This document shows, one piece after another, positions 9,694 to 18,154 of a stretch of 64,000 nt of DNA. The position numbers and the translations under genes are program-made. The DNA lies in NCBI GenBank assembly GCA_964473905.1, contig CAYYQY010000001.1, positions 2,963 to 66,962 on the forward strand. Direction: 5' to 3'. Numbering within the stretch: the first letter of the stretch is position 1; each line of letters starts with the position of its first letter. The stretch comes from an uncultured Dehalococcoidales bacterium (GTDB lineage: Bacteria > Chloroflexota > Dehalococcoidia > Dehalococcoidales > CAYYQY01). The notes beneath the pieces are model-generated. The model was not told the origin of the DNA and did no database searches. It worked only from the letters and a program-made list of their open reading frames with translations.

Positions 9694-9966
9694 TTGATGG
9701 CATTGAAAACAGCATTAAATTGGTCAGGGTTGAACCTGCTTTTTGCCCCTATTGCTGGGGATTCGTCTATGAGTTACAATGTGCACATCGACTGCAACGG
9801 TCAGATACTAGCCCAAGTGATCACTAACCATGAGGCGATGATCTGTGTCAGCATGGGTGAGGTTGATGGTGGTACCATAGATGAAAAATGGGATATGGTC
9901 AATCAACGGGAAATATCAGGACAGCCACCAAAAACCGAAGAAGCACAACATCAAAACAATGAGTAA
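9694..9966 (+). CDS. hypothetical small protein
   Basis: 90-aa ORF. The internal ATG at 9769 (65 aa) has a GGGGA SD-like element. No recognisable motifs. It sits directly upstream of a small membrane ORF. Confidence 0.3.
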   Translation: MMALKTALNWSGLNLLFAPIAGDSSMSYNVHIDCNGQILAQVITNHEAMICVSMGEVDGGTIDEKWDMVNQREISGQPPKTEEAQHQNNE

Positions 9967-9995
9967 ATAGAAACTAAAAGTGAGGGGGGGTATTT

Positions 9996-10175
9996 ATGAG
10001 GGAAATTGCTAAGTTGACAGCCTTTATTTTGATCATCATTGGTACTCTTGGTCTTATAGTCAATGAGTTCATTTTCGATTTGGGGAGTATTGTCACCCTA
10101 ACATTCGCTACTGTAAATATTGTGGGGCTTGCCATTTTAGCCTATACGTTTTGGGGTAGGAAAAAAGAAACATAA
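9996..10175 (+). CDS. small two-TM membrane protein (59 aa), below the ORF-track cutoff
   Basis: ATG at 9996 is preceded by GAGGGGGGG. The sequence MREIAKLTAFILIIIGTLGLIVNEFIFDLGSIVTLTFATVNIVGLAILAYTFWGRKKET has two hydrophobic helices and a basic C-terminus. Confidence 0.5.
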   Translation: MREIAKLTAFILIIIGTLGLIVNEFIFDLGSIVTLTFATVNIVGLAILAYTFWGRKKET

Positions 10176-11142
10176 AGGAGACGGAAAATTGAAACAAGCC
10201 TTCAAATACGGCTTCACCACCTGTACTGTGGCTTATCTCTTGATTGTAATTCCACTCCTCGTACTCTTTGCAACTTTGATTTAGGGGCTCATACGAATTT
10301 GTAGTCGATATTGAAGGCTTGTTAAGCGCCCTGGCGCACATCACGACATTAGTGCCGCAGCAGAACATGGCGTTAACGGTGCTCTTGCCCTCACAGATAT
10401 ACTCGTAAAATACAGCCTGCTGGTAGGAAGCGCCGCGGGCTACGGCGCTATGTTGCGTGTTAGCGTAGAACTGGGGTGTCTGTACAAAGGCCAGGGCTTC
10501 GTCCGCTTCCAGCAAGGGAACGGTCTCTTTCAAAAAGTTATGCACCGGCTTCTGGTCGGCATCAAAGATAGCTACATACTTCTCTCTTAGGTCTTTAAGC
10601 AGGTCATTTATAGCCCCTGCTTTGAAGCCCCGCCGGTTGGCGCGGTGCACGAAAGTACAGCCATATTTTACGGTCAGGGCCTCAGTTTCCCTCTTTAGCT
10701 TCTCATCTGTCGAGTCATCCACGAGAAAAACATGCTTGTTCACGTAGTCCATGTTATTCACGGCGGCTATGGTGTCTTCCAGCATTTCCGGATTCTCATT
10801 GAAGCTGGCGATTAAAACAGCCACCATTGGCGCTACAGTAGGCGTAAGGAGATTCGACCGGGTAATATCGTATGCTTTATTCGCGCGGAACAGTGTGGCC
10901 AAGTAGCCAGTACTGTGTAACATGACGAAAAGCTCGGCACTCAGGAGTAGAACCGCAAAAATACGGTCTACAATACTGTAGCCCGCGTGAAACAGTGAGG
11001 CACCACGAAAGGTAATGTAAACGCAGAGCAGGGTGAAGGCTACCAGCAGTATTCCCCGCATAAGCACCATAGCGTTATTTTTCGGGGCAGGTAGGGGGCT
11101 ATCCTGGGCACGGGTATCTACTTCCTTGAATAGCCGGGACAC
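10108..11142 (-). CDS. GT2-family glycosyltransferase (cellulose-synthase-like), probably 3'-truncated pseudogene
   Basis: N-terminal TM helices, then a GT-A core (VAVLIASFNE, FLVDDSTD, FDADQ, QTPQ, CCGTN). Family-like sequence stops near codon 273 (~nt 10323). There is no ED or QxxRW motif. The ORF tail is antisense to the 9996-10175 gene. Confidence 0.7.
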   Translation of the reverse strand: MSRLFKEVDTRAQDSPLPAPKNNAMVLMRGILLVAFTLLCVYITFRGASLFHAGYSIVDRIFAVLLLSAELFVMLHSTGYLATLFRANKAYDITRSNLLTPTVAPMVAVLIASFNENPEMLEDTIAAVNNMDYVNKHVFLVDDSTDEKLKRETEALTVKYGCTFVHRANRRGFKAGAINDLLKDLREKYVAIFDADQKPVHNFLKETVPLLEADEALAFVQTPQFYANTQHSAVARGASYQQAVFYEYICEGKSTVNAMFCCGTNVVMCARALNKPSISTTNSYEPLNQSCKEYEEWNYNQEISHSTGGEAVFEGLFQFSVSFMFLFSYPKTYRLKWQAPQYLQ

Positions 11143-11302
11143 TTCAGACTCGCCCGCTCACCGAATAGCCCATTCGTATCGCGGTTACTGCCGGGCAGTC
11201 TTTCACGAAGGGCACGATTACCGCTCGTACCGGCACAGCGGCAGTCCCCGCTCTCACCCGTCTCCTGAACCAGCAACCTTGTATGCCTTTCCCCCAGGTA
11301 TA

Positions 11303-12595
11303 TCATTTACCCTCAGCTACCCCCGTGCAGGATATAGTGGCCAGACTCATATCATCTCCCCTGAGCAGTCTCTTAACCAGCATTAACTCGTCCCTGACCA
11401 GGCGGGGCATCAGATAATTCTTCTGGACTGTTTGCTTGCCTTTCTTCCCCAATTCCCGTGCCATTTCACTATCCTGCAAGAGCATCACTATCTTTTCGGC
11501 ACACTCCTCAACGCTGCCCACGAGAAGCTGGTCAAGCTCATTACAGAGCTGCAGGGCAATACCGCCCACCCGGCTGCCTATGGCGGCGGTAGATTTCCAG
11601 AGTGCTTCCGATATGGTAAGGCCAAAACCTTCGCGCAGCGACTTCTGTAATATCAGGCTGCTCGCCCTCTGGAATACATTTATTTCAATATCGCTGAGGT
11701 TGTGGAAAACAAATATGCCATCGTCCTCAGCCGCCTCCGCTCTCACCTTTTCCAGCATCTCCACTCCTTCGGGGTCATCGCTGGCCAGAGAACCAATCAA
11801 TGCCAATTGCAGCCCGGGAATCTCCGTCCTGGCCATCCTATAGGCTTCAATGACGCCAAGCGGGTCTTTCCACGGGTCAAAGCGTGATATCTGCGTTATT
11901 AAGGGACGGTTGGCGTCTATACCGCTCGCGGCCAGGCAGTCAATACAGAACCGTACTGTAATCTCGCTGTTTTTGGGGCTGTACGGGTCAATAGCCGGGG
12001 CTATAGTTTGTGCACGGCCGGGTGCTATATCGGCAGGTATATACTCGTCCAGAGTAAAAACGGACACGTCATAGTCATCAATATAACCCCCCAGAAACTG
12101 CCAGACCTCCGGGTTGGGCAGGGACGTATCTATATGGCACCGCCATATCCATTTGGTACCATTACCGTTATAGTAGTGACGGAGGGCAGCCGGCTGGGGG
12201 TCATTGATAATGACCACATCGTAACTGGCAGCCAAATCCAGATATCTGGAGTTTTTCAGGTTGTAAGCCAGATAGGTCTCTTTCTCGGCAGTGGTAAGAA
12301 CATGCTCCGCCCCCTGAAGGGCATTATGGAAACTCTTGGTAACCTTGAAGAAGTCCTGGCTGGCACCAAAGATACGCCAGTCCGCGGCGATGCCCACGCT
12401 GGACATTAACGGCGTTACCGAGTGAAGCAGCTCGGCTACACCCCCGCCGTACGGCGTTGAGTTTACATGACACAGCCGCACCCCCCGAAGCTCTTTACCC
12501 AGTGCCACTATCTCCTCAATGACCTGGTCATCCATAAGCACCACGGGACGATAGCTATCTATTGTTTTCTCATCGGTCGTCACTTTTCTCAGCAC
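11303..12595 (-). CDS. GT4 glycosyltransferase, trehalose synthase TreT-like
   Basis: 430-aa ORF with GTG start. N-terminal block HVNSTPYGGGVAELLHSVTPLMSSVGIAADWRIF....FFKVTKSFHNALQG matches my recollection of archaeal/bacterial TreT. C-terminal GT1-type EGFGLTISEA motif. Confidence 0.75.
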   Translation of the reverse strand: MLRKVTTDEKTIDSYRPVVLMDDQVIEEIVALGKELRGVRLCHVNSTPYGGGVAELLHSVTPLMSSVGIAADWRIFGASQDFFKVTKSFHNALQGAEHVLTTAEKETYLAYNLKNSRYLDLAASYDVVIINDPQPAALRHYYNGNGTKWIWRCHIDTSLPNPEVWQFLGGYIDDYDVSVFTLDEYIPADIAPGRAQTIAPAIDPYSPKNSEITVRFCIDCLAASGIDANRPLITQISRFDPWKDPLGVIEAYRMARTEIPGLQLALIGSLASDDPEGVEMLEKVRAEAAEDDGIFVFHNLSDIEINVFQRASSLILQKSLREGFGLTISEALWKSTAAIGSRVGGIALQLCNELDQLLVGSVEECAEKIVMLLQDSEMARELGKKGKQTVQKNYLMPRLVRDELMLVKRLLRGDDMSLATISCTGVAEGK

Positions 12596-12616
12596 GGCTT
12601 ATCTCGCATTTCTAGT

Positions 12617-13738
12617 TTATAATGACAGTTCCACCCAGTCCCGGGAGAACTTTACCCACTTCATACTGGCAACGCTAACGTAATAACACTCGCTATCAAC
12701 TTTCGTCTGGAGTATGCCGTCCATGACATACTTGATGTTGTTCAGGGTCTGCTCGCTCACGGCACCCGCTTCCACGGTAAAAAGCGTGGTGACATTACCG
12801 TAGCTGGTGGCGGTACGGGCAAGCTGCGTGATGAAGCGCTGCACGGTGGCTAACTCAAAGTTCAGAAAGAGGCTGCTAATAGAATCAAACACACGCAAGC
12901 CGCCAGCCTTATCGTGCAGTGATTGCCCCAGCTCCTGCCCGGCATCGGAAATTACGCCGGCAAGCTGGTTAAGTTCCAGGATACCGCTTATGGCAAAGCG
13001 CTCATCACTCCGGGCAAAGCCCTTGCTCCAGCTATAGCCATCTACCAATCTAAACTTATTCTCTGCTTCGTAGCCGACAAGCGGCCCGGGCAGCAGCGCA
13101 TCAATACTATGACGTATCATGGCCGGGTCATCATCCAGGGAAATCATCATGCCATTGTGCGATTTTTTAAGAGCCGCCGCCAGAATACTCCGGCAGACGG
13201 AACTCTTACCGGAGCCGATCTCGCCGACTACCAGCACGTTAGCGCCGTCGGGTAATCCACCGGACAACACACTGTCCAGCTGTTTATAGCTTGACGTGGC
13301 TACGTCCGAAGCTGCCGTGTTTTCCGCTCCCGCAGGTATCCCCTGCGACAATTCCCCGCGGAAAGCGCGGTATCTATTCAAGAGAGAGGCCACCCGGGCA
13401 CAAAGTATCGCCGGACGGACCGGCTTGACCACATAATCATCAACGCCCGCCTGAAATGCCCTGAGTTCATCATGCTCCTCGTCCACTCCGGTGAGCATGA
13501 TAACGGGCACCTGGGCAGTGCCGGGGTTATTTCTCAGCTCATTGACCAGCTGATGCCCGTCCTTAACAGGCATCATTAAATCGGAAATTATGAGGTCTGG
13601 CTTTTCTAACCGGGCTTTACGAAGGGCATCATCGCCATCAACGGCCTCAATGATTTCATATCCGGAATGACTCAGCGCGGCCCCCAGAAGACGCCTCATC
13701 GCCCCCTCATCATCAACCACGAGAATCCTATCCACCAT
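12617..13738 (-). CDS. response-regulator receiver domain fused to a KaiC/RecA-superfamily ATPase-like domain
   Basis: REC motifs are intact (VVDDE, phospho-acceptor IISDLMMP, MLTG, VVKP). A linker is followed by Walker A GEIGSGKS, then SLDDD and Walker-B-like LRVFDSIS. Its ATG overlaps the upstream gene by 11 nt. Confidence 0.8.
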   Translation of the reverse strand: MVDRILVVDDEGAMRRLLGAALSHSGYEIIEAVDGDDALRKARLEKPDLIISDLMMPVKDGHQLVNELRNNPGTAQVPVIMLTGVDEEHDELRAFQAGVDDYVVKPVRPAILCARVASLLNRYRAFRGELSQGIPAGAENTAASDVATSSYKQLDSVLSGGLPDGANVLVVGEIGSGKSSVCRSILAAALKKSHNGMMISLDDDPAMIRHSIDALLPGPLVGYEAENKFRLVDGYSWSKGFARSDERFAISGILELNQLAGVISDAGQELGQSLHDKAGGLRVFDSISSLFLNFELATVQRFITQLARTATSYGNVTTLFTVEAGAVSEQTLNNIKYVMDGILQTKVDSECYYVSVASMKWVKFSRDWVELSL

Positions 13739-14453
13739 AAACGGTATCCCTTATCACTATGCCGCGCCTCGGTAAAATTTCAAAGACATGGTCGTTCAGG
13801 TCGGTAGGAGTCCCCCTCATTTTACGGATATATATAGTGCGCATCCGCCGTCCCTCAAAACTGCTCACCCGCAGGACAATGACGCCGGAAACAACGAACT
13901 CCTCCACTTCGTACTGGCTGAGCTTGGCTGTCCCGGAAGGGATCCCCGAGGTGACAATCGTGGTGCACTTGAGGTTGTCGTCTATGGAAAATATAAGGCT
14001 ACGGATATATTCTTTTACCTGGATGTTCGCTTCCTGCTCGAAAATCAGGGGGGCGATGGGGTCAATAATAAGCCGGGTGGCTTTAATCTTACGCACCTGC
14101 TTGGCAAGCTCAATAGACAGTTGCTGGGCGTCAACTGTCTTCTCTTTACCCAGGCGGATATTGGTGAAATAAGGCGTTACATCCAGCAGGGTTATCCTTT
14201 TATTGTCAATATATTTCTTTAAGTCCCAGCCCAGCGACTCGGCATCCTCCAGCAGATGGGTGGGCTTCTCGTCAATGGAAACGTATACCGTGTTTTCGCC
14301 CTTTTCGGCTCCGGACAGGGCATATTGCAGGCAAAAGATAGTCTTGCCTGTTCCCGCCTCACCACAGACCAGGTATACGTTATTTTGCTGTAAGCCGCCG
14401 CTCAGGCGGCTATCAAGCCCTTCAATCCCCGTCGGTATTCTTAGTCGTGCCAC
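13728..14453 (-). CDS. single-domain KaiC-like (RAD55/ArlH-like) ATPase
   Basis: 241-aa ORF with IPTGIEGLDSRLSGGL, Walker A GEAGTGKT, VYVSIDEKP and Walker B RLIIDPI. C-terminal RKMRG motif typical of KaiC-family domains. Confidence 0.8.
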   Translation of the reverse strand: MARLRIPTGIEGLDSRLSGGLQQNNVYLVCGEAGTGKTIFCLQYALSGAEKGENTVYVSIDEKPTHLLEDAESLGWDLKKYIDNKRITLLDVTPYFTNIRLGKEKTVDAQQLSIELAKQVRKIKATRLIIDPIAPLIFEQEANIQVKEYIRSLIFSIDDNLKCTTIVTSGIPSGTAKLSQYEVEEFVVSGVIVLRVSSFEGRRMRTIYIRKMRGTPTDLNDHVFEILPRRGIVIRDTVYGG

Positions 14454-14500
14454 TTTTTTGGAGCTAACAGGTAAAATAATCTCGCTTATTATAGGTTATT

Positions 14501-14539
14501 GACAGACCGCTTGTAAAGTTTGCTCGCGCCCGGTCTGTC
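14501..14539. promoter_or_regulatory. 9-bp perfect inverted repeat (GACAGACCG N21 CGGTCTGTC) upstream of the KaiC-like operon
   Basis: Read directly from the sequence. It lies 48-86 nt upstream of the 14453 start codon, so it is a candidate operator or 5'-UTR hairpin. Confidence 0.35.
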
Positions 14540-14831
14540 ACCCACTACCTGCCAATTATGACAGAACATAGTACTGGTACTATAGAACAGTAACCCCCGG
14601 CAATGCATTTCGTGAAGCTGTAGTCTCGCTGGTATAACCGTTCACTTTTACGAAAAATCATGTTCCGGATAAAAATATCCCTGCGTAAGCACCGGCTGCC
14701 AGTACTAAAATCCAGAGCCGGTTCAGTATTATTCGTTTATAAAATTTTGCCAGAATATCCGGTTTAACGGTAACTAAAGACCGTTTTTTTCGTTAATAGA
14801 AGGAGAGGGTTTTAGGAGGAGGTAAATAACC

Positions 14832-15077
14832 ATGAATGATAGAGCGCTGTCAATCTTTCTTAAGATAGTATTCGGGCTGGGAGGTATTGCTATTCTGACA
14901 TTATCCTGGACGCAGTCAATGCCGCTATTTGAACGAGTTCTCACCACTTCCATCGGGACAGCCGGTATCCTGTACACCTCAATCGGGCTGCTAACAATGA
15001 TGTTTGTATCCGGGAGAGCCGGCATCACCCGGAGAGCCCTAAAAGTAGAGGTTAACAGCGAAACACGTGATTTGTAA
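14832..15077 (+). CDS. small membrane protein, function unknown
   Basis: 81-aa ORF with AGGAGGAGG SD and two hydrophobic helices. Confidence 0.6.
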   Translation: MNDRALSIFLKIVFGLGGIAILTLSWTQSMPLFERVLTTSIGTAGILYTSIGLLTMMFVSGRAGITRRALKVEVNSETRDL

Positions 15078-15248
15078 GCTAAATAATGTTCCCTGGCACC
15101 ATACCAAGCCTGCTCAAGTTAAAAACGGTAACTATCACTGCCACCGGTTATTTTGTTTGACTACCCGTTCAAAAGCACATTTTTTACAGGCTGCAAAGTT
15201 CAGGTAAACCGGAGACAATATACGGCAATACGGTGTAAAATAGGCACT

Positions 15249-15629
15249 ATGAATACAGAAAGGTTTGAGCAGATGGTGCTCCGGGCAGTCAGTGATTTAC
15301 CGGAAGAGTTTAAAAACCGCCTGGAAAATGTTGACGTGGTGGTGGAAAAAAGCCCGCAGGCAAATCAGCTGGCACGGTTACGCCACGGTGAGACCCTGCT
15401 CGGCCTGTACGAAGGCGTGCCCCAAACCAGGCGAAGCTCGCACTACGGCCTGGTGCCCCCGGACAAGATAACGATATTTCAGAAGCCTATAGAGGCTATC
15501 GCCGGCAGCGATAACGAGATTACGACCGAGATAAAGAAGGTGGTAATACATGAGATAGCACATCATTTCGGCATCAGCGATGCCAGGCTCCGGCAGCTCG
15601 AGCAGCGCAAACACCGGAAACAGCAATAG
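15249..15629 (+). CDS. zinicin-like metallopeptidase family protein (HExxH)
   Basis: In frame with ORF 15153-15629. Start moved to ATG 15249 (MNTERFEQMV...). HEIAHHFG zinc motif near the C-terminus and LLGLYEGVP block typical of this small family. Confidence 0.7.
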   Translation: MNTERFEQMVLRAVSDLPEEFKNRLENVDVVVEKSPQANQLARLRHGETLLGLYEGVPQTRRSSHYGLVPPDKITIFQKPIEAIAGSDNEITTEIKKVVIHEIAHHFGISDARLRQLEQRKHRKQQ

Positions 15630-15787
15630 GCGGACACGCTCCACCACAATGAGTGCTCCCCGGGTTAAGCGTGTTAGCTCATGCCAATCTCTAACTATAA
15701 ACCCTGCTCCTTAGTTATATTAATAATATTATTTTTATGCCCGCAGCAGGACAACCGGCAGGACCTTCCCTTAAACGGTGGTAAATG

Positions 15788-15817
15788 TTGACAGATAGCA
15801 AAACCAGAGAATAGTAT
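15788..15817 (+). promoter_or_regulatory. candidate sigma-70 promoter (TTGACA N18 TAGTAT)
   Basis: Consensus -35 hexamer read directly. It lies ~120 nt upstream of the methyltransferase start, in an AT-rich spacer. Confidence 0.3.
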
Positions 15818-15938
15818 ATCTTGTAATTAAAGCCGTCCCGGCATATTCCAGTGTTGTTATCTTCGTAATTGCCGCCGGCTGCCCGGAGTACTGCTACGGA
15901 GTAGATATACAGGGAGAGGAGAGCTTTTACCGATTTAG

Positions 15939-16700
15939 ATGCTACTGCTGAAAAGAGTATTTAGAACCCTCCGCAGGGACGGTGTACTGGCTCTCGCCAG
16001 GTTATCCATACAGTACATAATACATGTTCTCTATCTGCCCTACGGTTATTTCCGAATCAGGAACCTTGAACGCGACAGTAATCCGGACACATTGATAGAT
16101 TATGCTTATACCGGGTTTCACGGACTTATCAGACCTCTCCAGTCCAGATCAGAGATTCACCGGCTCCTTGAGATTCTAGCTAAAATGAAACCCGGATGTA
16201 TTGTTGAGATTGGCACCGCCAGAGGTGGCACGCTATTTCTATTCTCCCGAATAGCTGCTGAAGACGCTACTCTGGTAAGTATTGACTATCCGGGTGGCTG
16301 GTTTGGCGGCGGTTATCCCGTGTGGAAAATTCCTTTTTTTAAGTCCTTTGCTTTAGATAAGCAAAAGATCTATCCGGTCCTTGCCGATTCTCACCAGGAC
16401 GCCACCCTGGAAAAGGTTAATTCCATCATAAATCCGGGACAGATAGATTTCCTTTTTATTGATGGAGACCATTCATACGAAGGGGTAAAGAAGGATTTTG
16501 AGATGTACAGCCCCCTGGTCAGAAAGAACGGCATTATTGCCTTTCACGATATAGCGCTGTGTTCCTCTAAGATCGTCTGCGAAGTAAATAGATACTGGGA
16601 CGAGATAAAAACCGGGTATGAGTACGAGGAAATTATTGAGGAATATAACCACCAGTGGTTGGGTATGGGCCTGATAAAAGTGCGGGGCACGCCACAATGA
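15939..16700 (+). CDS. class I SAM-dependent methyltransferase (CmcI/Methyltransf_24-like)
   Basis: 253-aa ORF with IVEIGTARGGT (motif I), LFIDGDHSYEGVKKDFEMY and IAFHD. Confidence 0.7.
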   Translation: MLLLKRVFRTLRRDGVLALARLSIQYIIHVLYLPYGYFRIRNLERDSNPDTLIDYAYTGFHGLIRPLQSRSEIHRLLEILAKMKPGCIVEIGTARGGTLFLFSRIAAEDATLVSIDYPGGWFGGGYPVWKIPFFKSFALDKQKIYPVLADSHQDATLEKVNSIINPGQIDFLFIDGDHSYEGVKKDFEMYSPLVRKNGIIAFHDIALCSSKIVCEVNRYWDEIKTGYEYEEIIEEYNHQWLGMGLIKVRGTPQ

Positions 16701-16760
16701 AGTATCCGGCAAATGGGCACAGTATCTTCATCATGGCTTAAGCGTTGAGTCAGATGGACT

Positions 16761-17642
16761 TCACGGGTTTACCTGCCAGCAACTTATATTCAGGTACCCG
16801 CTCTCCCAGGCTCCAGCCCTGATAGTGGCTACCTTGGCATTGGTAGCATCTTTGGCTTGAGCGACAATAGCGTAGGGAAAGCAATCACCGACCCATATAG
16901 TACCTACATCCTCGCGGCTGGCTTCTACAAAACCATGACCTGCCACTCCACTGATCCCGGCCTCGCCGCTCAACTGGAACATGTGAGACTCCGTATTATA
17001 TTCACCCTCCCCCGGGTCAGGCCCCGGCTCTATGTTAGGCAGTGGCGGTAAAATATCCCACACCAGCGTGATGCCGGTTTCTGAGCTGCCGGTTACCAGC
17101 GGGTCTTCAGTGGTCATGTCGCCAGTAGTAGAGCCATCTATATAATCAAGACCGCCGGGTAAAGCAACCAGAATCTTCTCTATCTTTATATTGGAGACAC
17201 ACTTATTAGTCAGGTATATGGTGTAATCGTAGATACCTGCCGCATATGCTACCGCAGGTTCCACCCCCAGTGAATCCGAGTGACCCCCCGGATATTCGAT
17301 TTCCTCGCCGGAAATCGTGGTGACCTCACTGATGGTGACATCTACTGTCATCCCGTTTATGCCGGTTAGCTGGTACGAATACGGGAAAGAAGCCGGTTTT
17401 TCATTGAGCAGTCTCCACAGACCGTCTTCCACACCGGCATCAGCCGCATAGAGCCCTTTCATCTTCTTTTCCAGAATCCCGCCCGCCTTGAGACCGGTGG
17501 AGACATAGTCAAGAGCAGGCACGATAAGCAAGCTGCCCAGGGCCAGCAAAATCAGCACTATAGGCAGCGCCTGGCCGGCCTCACCCGCCATTTTCTTGAA
17601 TAACCACCCTTTCGCCATATTCATAATTTCAGAGCTTTTCAT
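16761..17642 (-). CDS. pilus-associated protein with PilX-N-like hydrophobic N-terminus
   Basis: 293-aa ORF with N-terminal GQALPIVLILLALGSLLIVPAL segment. Overlaps the upstream pseudopilin stop by 1 nt. No catalytic motifs. Confidence 0.5.
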   Translation of the reverse strand: MKSSEIMNMAKGWLFKKMAGEAGQALPIVLILLALGSLLIVPALDYVSTGLKAGGILEKKMKGLYAADAGVEDGLWRLLNEKPASFPYSYQLTGINGMTVDVTISEVTTISGEEIEYPGGHSDSLGVEPAVAYAAGIYDYTIYLTNKCVSNIKIEKILVALPGGLDYIDGSTTGDMTTEDPLVTGSSETGITLVWDILPPLPNIEPGPDPGEGEYNTESHMFQLSGEAGISGVAGHGFVEASREDVGTIWVGDCFPYAIVAQAKDATNAKVATIRAGAWESGYLNISCWQVNP

Positions 17643-18154
17643 TACCTTTCCCTGATTTCATATTCCTTGGTCACTATCTCATCATTGGCGCGGGTCTTGA
17701 TAAAAAATGTCCACAGGCTATCCTGCGCGGTAAGATTTGCGGCACATATATTACCAGCCACCAGTGTCGTCTCACTTGTTATCACCGTGCCGTATCTATC
17801 CAGAGTCAGCAGCTTTCTTTTAAGCTGCTGCAGTGAATCATCCGAATCGAACCACAGATAGCTTATAGTATGGATATCACCGTTCTCCCAGTCCTTCCAG
17901 TTTATAACCGCGAATTCTTCGTCGCCTGTTGCCGGGTCATCACCCACATCAATACCCTGTGCCATCAAGACATCCTGACTGACCCAGTAACCGGCATTCC
18001 TAGCCTGGTGCAGCGCCGTAGTCAAATCGGTGCTGTACAGGGAATAATCAATTATCTGCGAAGTGGTGACGCTGGCACCCAGCGTAATCAGTGCGACAAC
18101 GCTGACCACCATAGATAGCTCGATAATGGTGAACCCCTTTTCATCAAGTTTCAT
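17642..18154 (-). CDS. prepilin-type N-terminal cleavage/methylation domain protein (pseudopilin)
   Basis: MKLDEKG/FTIIEL: Gly-Phe cleavage site, Glu at +5, then a hydrophobic helix. 4-nt ATGA overlap with the upstream gene. Confidence 0.75.
   Translation of the reverse strand: MKLDEKGFTIIELSMVVSVVALITLGASVTTSQIIDYSLYSTDLTTALHQARNAGYWVSQDVLMAQGIDVGDDPATGDEEFAVINWKDWENGDIHTISYLWFDSDDSLQQLKRKLLTLDRYGTVITSETTLVAGNICAANLTAQDSLWTFFIKTRANDEIVTKEYEIRER

Noticed and set aside
9528-9827. 99-aa ORF starting in the paralog fragment.
   Set aside because: It is out of frame relative to the homologous reading frame of the fragment. It has an Arg-rich composition, no SD, and overlaps the alternative 9694-9966 ORF.
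11033-11386. ORFs 11033-11386(+) and 11118-11306(-) in the 160-nt gap between the GT4 and GT2 genes.
   Set aside because: They overlap the 5' end of the GT2 gene or the 3' end of the GT4 gene. They are Arg/Ser/Pro-rich and have no translation signals.
14640-14775. Minus-strand hydrophobic peptide (…KFYKRIILNRLWILVLAAGAYAGIFLSGT).
   Set aside because: The reading frame has no ATG, GTG or TTG start between the upstream stop and the hydrophobic segment.
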